From assembly GCA_900544115.1 (NCBI GenBank), contig UQTW01000004.1, positions 18,302-82,301 of the forward strand: a stretch of 64,000 bases of DNA, written 5' to 3'. Positions 57,857-64,000 of the stretch are shown in pieces. Numbering within the stretch: the stretch's first letter is position 1; every line of letters starts with the position of its first letter. The position numbers and the translations under genes are program-made. The notes under the pieces are model-generated. The model was given only the letters and a program-made list of their open reading frames with translations, did not search any database and was not told where the DNA came from. Source of the stretch: an uncultured Collinsella sp. (GTDB lineage: Bacteria; Actinomycetota; Coriobacteriia; Coriobacteriales; Coriobacteriaceae).

Positions 57857-58194
57857 CGTGCTTCCTCCTGCTTTTTGATCTGCGCTTCCATGCGCTCGAG
57901 TTTGCCGGTCATGGTGTCGGTAAATCCGGGTCGAATATCGGCTTTGAGCACGACTTCGGTACGGATGCCCTTGCTCGCCAACACAAAGGTCGCGTCGCGC
58001 ACGACCTGCATGACCTCATCCCAGTCGCCCTCGATCTCGGTGAACATCGAGGTGGTGCGGTTGGGAAGGCCGCTCTCGCGAATGACGCGTACGACCTCGG
58101 CGACCTCGGCGGATAGCTCGTCGCCGGTGCCGCACGGGGCGATGGCCACGGCGACGAGCGTGTTCATACCGGCATTGGTTGCGGGCTCGGACAT
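57853..58194 (-). CDS. YkoF/MTH1187-family thiamine/HMP-binding protein
   Basis: A 113-aa ACT-like duplicated fold. It sits in a thi operon and overlaps thiE by 4 bp. Confidence 0.55.
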   Translation of the reverse strand: MSEPATNAGMNTLVAVAIAPCGTGDELSAEVAEVVRVIRESGLPNRTTSMFTEIEGDWDEVMQVVRDATFVLASKGIRTEVVLKADIRPGFTDTMTGKLERMEAQIKKQEEAR

Positions 58195-58197
58195 GGC

Positions 58198-59044
58198 TTA
58201 TGCCTCCTCGAGCTCGAGTTGGTTGTTGGCAATGTCCTGGGCGGTCGCGCGGTAGAGCTCGTCGATAAAGGCGACCTTAAAGCTTGCCGGGGCATCGGCG
58301 ACAGCGGCGGCACGCGTGCCGGCAACGTTGTAGACGGCGGCACCGCAGATGGCCGCCGTAAACGGGTCGGTGGCGCAGGCGTACACGGCCAGCACGCCGC
58401 CCTGTGAGCAACCACAGCCGGTGATCTTGGACATGAGTGGGCTGCCGCCGTGGGACTTGGCCACGGTCGTGCCGTCGGTGATCAGGTCGACTTCACCCGA
58501 GACCACTACGGCGCCGCCGGTGTAGCGAGCGAGCGCCACGGCGGCATCGCGGGCAGCGTCGACCGTGTCGGTGGTATCGACACCGCGCACGCGGCTCAGA
58601 TCGGCCGCCTCACCCTCAAGACCCCACAGGCCGGCGAGCGCGATGATCTCGGAGGCGTTGCCGCGCACGATGGCGGGCTTGTACTGCTTGAGTTCGCTTA
58701 CCAACTGGGTGCGCAGGCTACCGATGCCCAGGCCAACCGGATCGAGCACCCAGGGCTTGCCGGCGTCGTGTGCCGCCTTGGCCGCGCGGGGAATCGTCTG
58801 CTCGTAGATGGGGAAGAGCGTACCCATATTGAGATAGATGGCGCCGCCGCCGGCAACGAGTGCCTCGCCCTCGTCGGGCAGATAGACCATGGCGGCCGAT
58901 CCGCCCACGGCGAGCTGTGCGTTGGCGACAAAGTCAATCGTCACCGTGTTGGTGATGGAGCCTGCCATCGGATTGGTGGCGCGAATCTCCCCCACGGCCT
59001 TGATCACATGTTGCTTAAGCTGTTCCGAATCAATCACTGCACAT
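58198..59044 (-). CDS. thiM: Hydroxyethylthiazole kinase
   Basis: ...TNTVTIDFVANAQLAVGGSAAMV... and ...KITGCGCSQGGVLAVY... are ThiM motifs. The start ATG at 59044 is preceded by the RBS aaggagg, and the track ORF extends across the riboswitch terminator. Confidence 0.85.
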
Positions 59045-59056
59045 GCCTCCTTGGCA

Positions 59057-59090
59057 TAGAAAAGGGGCGCTGTGCATAGACAGCGCCCCT
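59057..59090 (-). terminator. Riboswitch expression-platform terminator
   Basis: Minus-strand hairpin ggggcgctgtctatgcacagcgcccc followed by ttttcta, between the aptamer and the thiM RBS. Confidence 0.7.
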
Positions 59091-59103
59091 GTAAAGGCGG
59101 CAT

Positions 59104-59192
59104 GCTCCCTACGCCAGCATTAACTGACAGGTTCAAAGGATTGGGTCCATTGCCCTCTCAGCCTTGTGGTTTGCACCGCCGGCACTCCCGCA
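59104..59192 (-). ncRNA. TPP (THI-box) riboswitch
   Basis: Minus strand reads ...cggcggtgcaaaccacaaggCTGAGAgggcaatggACCCaatcCTTTGAACCTGtcagTTAATgCTGGCGTAGGGAg, which matches the THI element consensus. Confidence 0.85.
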
Positions 59193-59259
59193 TCGAATCT
59201 GTTGTTCCCTATACTAGCGCATCGGTACAATAGATGGGGCAGAGACGAATGGGGGTCCT

Positions 59260-60168
59260 ATGATCAAACTTGTGCTGACCGATATGGACGATACGCTGAT
59301 TCCAGCCGGGCATGACGGCGCCAGCGACTACGCCATTGAGGGTATTCATGCCATGCAGGCGACGGGTCTGCACTTTGGGCCGGTTTCGGGTCGTCAGCCG
59401 TCCGCGATGGGCTGGATGTTCAAAAACCGTTCCGAGTGTTTTTCGACCGGTGCGTTCTGTAACGGCCAGGTGATGTTTGTCGACGGCGAAGTAGTCGCTT
59501 CGCGCGCAATCGACAACGATGCTCTGATGCGTTTGGCCGACTATCTGGAGCAAGAGACCGACGATACATTTCTAAAAGTCTACAGCCTGGGCGATGACTT
59601 TTGGGGCAACGATGCCTATTGCGTGACGAGCAATCCTGAGCGCGTTCGTCGCGCCATGGAGTCGGGCGGCAACGCGTGGCTCAAAGGCGAAGAGGCTCCG
59701 TGCCGTCCCGTCGTCGATGACGCGCCGGTGTTTAAGGCGAATATCTGGAGCACCCGTTCGCGTGAGGAGCTCGCGGAGCTACGCGAGAACGCTGCCGTTG
59801 AGGTGCCGGAACTCTCGCTTGTGTTTCCCAACAACCGAGTGCGCCTGTTTGACATCCTTCCTGCTGATTGGGACAAGGGCTGCGCTGCGTTAGAGCTGGC
59901 GCGCGCTTTGGGCCTGACGCCCGACGAGGTGGCCGTATTCGGCGATTCCGATAACGATCTGCCCATGATCGATGCCGTTCCCAACTCCGTTGCAGTCGCC
60001 AATGCCAACGAGGCCGTCACGGCTGCCGCGCGCTGGCATATCGGCGCTGCGGCAGATGATGCGGTTGCCGGGGCTCTGCATCAGATTGCCGCCTGCGCCG
60101 CGACGGGGGAGATGCCGTCGTTTATGCGCCTGCCGGGTACTGCCGACGCGAATCTCACGAACAGCTAA
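59260..60168 (+). CDS. HAD-superfamily hydrolase (Cof-like, subfamily IIB)
   Basis: MIKLVLTDMDDTL is HAD motif I DxDxT. The C-terminal GDSDNDLPM is motif IV. Confidence 0.75.
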   Translation: MIKLVLTDMDDTLIPAGHDGASDYAIEGIHAMQATGLHFGPVSGRQPSAMGWMFKNRSECFSTGAFCNGQVMFVDGEVVASRAIDNDALMRLADYLEQETDDTFLKVYSLGDDFWGNDAYCVTSNPERVRRAMESGGNAWLKGEEAPCRPVVDDAPVFKANIWSTRSREELAELRENAAVEVPELSLVFPNNRVRLFDILPADWDKGCAALELARALGLTPDEVAVFGDSDNDLPMIDAVPNSVAVANANEAVTAAARWHIGAAADDAVAGALHQIAACAATGEMPSFMRLPGTADANLTNS

Positions 60169-60178
60169 GGAGACAGCC

Positions 60179-61075
60179 ATGAAGCTCCAGCAGCTCAGAT
60201 ATGTCGTCAAAGTTGCCGAATGCGGCAGCATTACCGAGGCCTCGCGCCGGCTCTTTGTGTCGCAGCCTTCGATTACCGCATCGATCCGCGATCTCGAAAA
60301 CGAGATGGGTGTGCACATCTTTGAGCGCACCAACAAGGGTGTCATTGTGTCCGAGGAAGGCGAGACCTTCTTGGGCTATGCGCGCCAGGTACTCGACCAG
60401 GCCGACCTGCTCGAGGGCAAGTACAAGGGCGCATCCGAGCAGGTGCCGCACTTTAGTGTGAGCTGCCAGCATTATTCCTTTGCCGTCAACGCGTTTGTCG
60501 ACGTGATCCGCGAGTTTGATGCCGCGCGTTACGACTTCACCCTGCGCGAGGAGCAGACTCACGAGATTATCGAGGATGTCGCGCATATGAAAAGCGAACT
60601 GGGCATCCTGTACTTATCCGAGCATAACCGCGAGGTCATCGAGCGCATGCTGGTGGCCAACGAGCTCGTGTTCGAAGGACTCTTCTGCGCCACGCCGCAT
60701 GTCTTCGTCTGCGCCGACCATCCGCTGGCGGACCGCTCCAGCGTGACGCTCGAGGACTTGGAAGACTACCCGTTTTTGTCCTACGAGCAGGGCAGCTATA
60801 ACTCGTTTTACTATTCCGAGGAACTGACCTCGACGTTTGAGCGCCACAAGAATATCCGCGTGCGCGACCGTGCGACGTTGTTCAATTTGGCCATGGGCCT
60901 CAACGGCTACACGGTGTGCTCGGGCGTGATTAGCCACGAACTCAACGGCCCCGGCATTATCTCGATTCCGCTCGATGTGGATGAGTACATGGAGATCGGC
61001 ATCATCACGCGCAAGAACACGACGCTTACGCGCTACGGTCAAGCCTATATCGACGCGATCCGTCAGCATATCTAG
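60179..61075 (+). CDS. LysR-family transcriptional regulator
   Basis: MKLQQLRYVVKVAECGSITEASRRLFVSQPSITASIRDLE is a LysR HTH. RBS aaggagacagcc precedes the start. The track ORF is extended 5'. Confidence 0.8.
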   Translation: MKLQQLRYVVKVAECGSITEASRRLFVSQPSITASIRDLENEMGVHIFERTNKGVIVSEEGETFLGYARQVLDQADLLEGKYKGASEQVPHFSVSCQHYSFAVNAFVDVIREFDAARYDFTLREEQTHEIIEDVAHMKSELGILYLSEHNREVIERMLVANELVFEGLFCATPHVFVCADHPLADRSSVTLEDLEDYPFLSYEQGSYNSFYYSEELTSTFERHKNIRVRDRATLFNLAMGLNGYTVCSGVISHELNGPGIISIPLDVDEYMEIGIITRKNTTLTRYGQAYIDAIRQHI

Positions 61076-61230
61076 ACTGCTGCGTCCTGTACAGGTCAAA
61101 TCTCTTCATGGCAGTCCCAACTGATATAGGAAGCATCTATATCAAACTGTTATAAACGTATATTTTACGATGGCTATATGAGCGCTCATACTCTGTCCCA
61201 GTAAAGCAACCAATGCAAAGGGAGATATCT

Positions 61231-62364
61231 ATGAGCACTTCGATTCAACCGAACGCGCCGTTTCGTGCCGATATCGTCGGCAGTTTTCTTCGTCCGCAGG
61301 CCGTAAAGGATGCCCGCGCTGCCTATGCGGCAGGCACGCTTGATGCCGAGGGGCTTAAGGCCGTCGAGGATGAGGCTATTCGCGACCTGGTGGACAAGCA
61401 AAAGGCCGCTGGCCTGCAGGTGATTACCGATGGCGAGTTTCGTCGCAGTTACTGGCACCTCGACTTTATGTGGGGGCTCAACGGCATTGAACGCCGCACC
61501 TCGCGTACGGGCTATATGTTCCACGACGAGGAGACCACGGCTGACACCGCCGTGGTGACCGGCCCCATCAGCGGCGAGAACCACCCCTTCGTCGAGCACT
61601 TTAAGTTTGTCAAGGCACTCGAGGGGGAGGGTCAGGTTGCGCGTCAGACCATTCCGGCGCCGATCCAGACGTTCTCGGAGGTTACGCTCGACCGCTGCGA
61701 TGGCCAGCAGGAGAGCCTGCGCGCTGTCTATAAGACCGATGAGGAACTTGCCGACGCAATTGCAGCCGCTTATCGCACGGTGATCGCCGACCTGTACGCA
61801 GCGGGTTGCCGCAACATCCAGTTTGATGACTGCACCTGGGGCATCTATTGCGATACCGACTTTGTGTCCAAGACTGGCATGAGCCCGGTTGACCTGCAAA
61901 GGGTGAGCGAGCTGGGCGTGGCGCTCAACAACGCCGCCATCGAGGACAAGCCCGACGACCTCGTCATTAACACGCACGTGTGCCGCGGCAACTACCACTC
62001 TACCTATGCTTTCGAGGGCGGCTATGACCCCATCGCGCCGTACCTGTTTGCACATGAGGATGTCGACGCATTCTACCTGGAGTTCGATACGCCGCGCGCC
62101 GGCGGTTTTGAGCCGCTCAGCTACGTTGCCCCGGGCAAGAAGGTCGTGCTGGGCTTGGTGACCACCAAGGCCGCAGAGCTCGAGAACGAGGATGTTATCG
62201 TCGAGCGCATCCGCGAAGCCGCAAAGTACGTGCCGCTCGAGAACCTGTATCTGTCTCCCCAGTGCGGCTTTGCCAGCTGCGAGATTGGCAACAAGCTGAC
62301 CGAGGACGAGCAGTGGGCAAAGATCGCCCTGGTCAAACGCATCGCCGAGCGCATTTGGAAATAG
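61231..62364 (+). CDS. Cobalamin-independent methionine synthase-like protein (MetE C-terminal domain family)
   Basis: ...IVGSFLRP... and HVCRGNY form the zinc-binding His/Cys pattern of the MetE catalytic domain. RBS aagggag precedes the ATG at 61231. Confidence 0.75.
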   Translation: MSTSIQPNAPFRADIVGSFLRPQAVKDARAAYAAGTLDAEGLKAVEDEAIRDLVDKQKAAGLQVITDGEFRRSYWHLDFMWGLNGIERRTSRTGYMFHDEETTADTAVVTGPISGENHPFVEHFKFVKALEGEGQVARQTIPAPIQTFSEVTLDRCDGQQESLRAVYKTDEELADAIAAAYRTVIADLYAAGCRNIQFDDCTWGIYCDTDFVSKTGMSPVDLQRVSELGVALNNAAIEDKPDDLVINTHVCRGNYHSTYAFEGGYDPIAPYLFAHEDVDAFYLEFDTPRAGGFEPLSYVAPGKKVVLGLVTTKAAELENEDVIVERIREAAKYVPLENLYLSPQCGFASCEIGNKLTEDEQWAKIALVKRIAERIWK

Positions 62365-62486
62365 CGCTAGCGTTTGCAGGTGGCGGCGCGTGCGAGACGT
62401 GGCGTATCGCGTACAATGGTTCGGATCGTATCGTTCGGGCAGGTTATCCGATATGCCTGATCGCCCCTCCATTCGAAAGGACTTCC

Positions 62487-63821
62487 ATGTCCCAGTCTTC
62501 GACACCCGCCGTCACCGATGCCATCTACGATGCATCGTCGCTCGGCCGCCCGCGCATGTTTTTGCTCGGCCTGCAGCACATGTTTGCCATGTTTGGTGCC
62601 ACGGTGCTGGTGCCCGTGCTCACCGGTCTCTCGGTTTCGGCAACGCTTTTGTTTGCCGGCTTGGGCACGCTGCTGTTCCATTTCCTGTCGCGCGGTAAGG
62701 TCCCCGCATTCTTGGGCTCATCGTTTGCCTTTATTGCCGGTTATGCTGCCATTGCACCCAACGGCGAGGCCGAGCTATTGCCTTACGCTTGTCTGGGCGT
62801 TGCCTGCGCCGGATTGCTCTATCCGGTGCTCGCGGCGCTCTTCCGTGCGTTTGGCGCCAAGCGCGTCATGCGCTTCTTCCCGCCGGTGGTGACGGGCCCC
62901 ATCGTCATTTCCATCGGCCTGATCTTGGCAAGCTCTGCCATCGCCAACTGCCAGACCAATTGGCTTGTTGCCGTTGTCGCTGTGGCGGTGATCGTCATCT
63001 GCAACATCTGGGGCCGTGGCATGGTCAAGATCGTGCCGATTCTGCTGGGCGTTGTGGTGAGCTATGCCGTTGCGACTGCGCTCGGCGAGGTTGATTTCTC
63101 GGGCGTCGCAGCCGCTCCCTGGGTTGGCTTGCCCGTCGTGTGGGATAACACCGTGTTTGCACTCTTTGGGCCGCAGTTCGATAGCGGTCTTGCCACGACG
63201 GCCATCATCACCATTATGCCGCTGGCATTTGCGACCATGATCGAGCATATCGGTGATATCTCGGCTATCGGCTCCACTTGCGAGCGTAACTACATCGCCG
63301 ATCCCGGTCTGCATCGCACGCTGCTCGGCGATGGTCTCGCCACGATCCTGGCTTCGCTCTTTGGCGCTCCGGCCAACACCACGTATGGCGAGAACACCGG
63401 CGTGCTCGCTCTGACGCGCGTGTTCGACCCGCGCGTGATTCGCATTGCCGCGTGCTGCGCCATCGTGCTTTCCTTCTGCCCCAAGTTCGCTGCCGTGATC
63501 GCCGCCATGCCGCCATGCGTTATCGGCGGCGTGTCGCTCGTACTCTACGGCATGATCAGTGCCGTAGGCGTGCGCAACCTCATTGAGAACCAGGTCGATT
63601 TCCAGAACAACCGCAACGTGCTGGTGGCCGCTCTTGTGCTCGTGCTTTCGCTCGGCATCGCGTACAGCACCGCCGGCGCCATCGTGTTGGAGCTGGGCGG
63701 CGTGACGATTTCGCTTTCGGGTCTTGCCGTGGGTTCGCTGGTGGGTATCGTGCTCAATGCGATTCTGCCGGGTAATGACTTTGAGTTTGATGTCTCGGAA
63801 CTCGAAGGGTCTGCCGAATAG
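62487..63821 (+). CDS. NCS2-family nucleobase permease (uracil/xanthine permease-like)
   Basis: ...LGLQHMFAMFGATVLVP... is the NCS2 signature, with about 12 transmembrane segments. The internal ATG at 62487 has the RBS gaaagga; the track ORF is extended 5'. Confidence 0.8.
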   Translation: MSQSSTPAVTDAIYDASSLGRPRMFLLGLQHMFAMFGATVLVPVLTGLSVSATLLFAGLGTLLFHFLSRGKVPAFLGSSFAFIAGYAAIAPNGEAELLPYACLGVACAGLLYPVLAALFRAFGAKRVMRFFPPVVTGPIVISIGLILASSAIANCQTNWLVAVVAVAVIVICNIWGRGMVKIVPILLGVVVSYAVATALGEVDFSGVAAAPWVGLPVVWDNTVFALFGPQFDSGLATTAIITIMPLAFATMIEHIGDISAIGSTCERNYIADPGLHRTLLGDGLATILASLFGAPANTTYGENTGVLALTRVFDPRVIRIAACCAIVLSFCPKFAAVIAAMPPCVIGGVSLVLYGMISAVGVRNLIENQVDFQNNRNVLVAALVLVLSLGIAYSTAGAIVLELGGVTISLSGLAVGSLVGIVLNAILPGNDFEFDVSELEGSAE

Positions 63822-63841
63822 CAGCTGTGTCCAACTCAGTT

Positions 63842-63883
63842 AAAAAGCCGGCCATGCGTCCGATGCGCATGGCCGGCTTTTTA
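63842..63883. terminator. Bidirectional intrinsic terminator
   Basis: aaaaAGCCGGCCATGCGtccgatGCGCATGGCCGGCTtttt. Confidence 0.8.
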
Positions 63884-64000
63884 GTGCGCAAGAACCCAGT
63901 GGATGCCACGCGCCATGCGCAGGTCGGTTTGGGCAAAGTGGTTGCCGGGGTTGAGTTCCAGTGTTGTGAGGATGCCGCGCTCAACGAGCAACGTTTCCAT
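63884..64000 (-). CDS. 3' end of a minus-strand gene that continues beyond the window; function unknown
   Basis: Open frame ...LLVERGILTTLELNPGNHFAQTDLRMARGIHWVLAH ends in a stop at 63881-63883, immediately followed by the terminator. Confidence 0.3.

Noticed and set aside
62365-62486. Possible purine or PyrR-type riboswitch/attenuator upstream of the NCS2 permease
   Set aside because: The sequence lacks the purine aptamer consensus (no UAUA...CCGUAAAU-like junction) and the PyrR binding loop. It is left as an ordinary leader.

Overview
High-GC (~62-65%) chromosomal segment that looks like a Coriobacteriia (Eggerthellaceae-like) actinobacterium. The inference rests on codon and composition style, on many LuxR and two-component regulators, and on a redox-lipoprotein cluster. 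No rRNA or tRNA was seen.

Gene content is mostly housekeeping and regulatory:
- standalone GuaA ATP-pyrophosphatase subunit, PrfC, Ung, RlmA, RsmJ-like, TrmL, TrmO, Dus
- a thiM/ykoF/thiE operon behind a TPP riboswitch, a MetE-like protein, an NCS2 permease
- ABC transporters, a MATE exporter, EamA and YhhQ transporters
- several LysR/LuxR/GntR/XRE regulators, two two-component systems, two large c-di-GMP turnover proteins

The strongest signals are non-coding:
- a 29-bp perfect palindrome TGTGACAAAGGGAC-A-GTCCCTTTGTCACA in 8 copies, mostly at gene 3' ends and four times overlapping stop codons
- two other long palindromes of 58 bp and 60 bp sharing a GGGGAC...GTCCCC core, both in divergent promoter regions
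- a tandem array of four 61-bp hairpin units at 80-bp period upstream of a GntR-ABC operon. It is CRISPR-like in layout but not a CRISPR.

Accessory-looking islets:
- a lower-GC BrnT/BrnA-like toxin-antitoxin pair plus a 428-aa unknown gene
- a palindrome-bounded cluster with a TetM-like ribosomal-protection GTPase, two paralogous AAA+ ATPases, a GNAT and a short UvrA-like ABC ATPase
- a low-GC patch with a small membrane protein next to the c-di-GMP genes, one of which carries a C9 homopolymer in-frame

Several long ORFs in the track are antisense artefacts of high GC content and were rejected.
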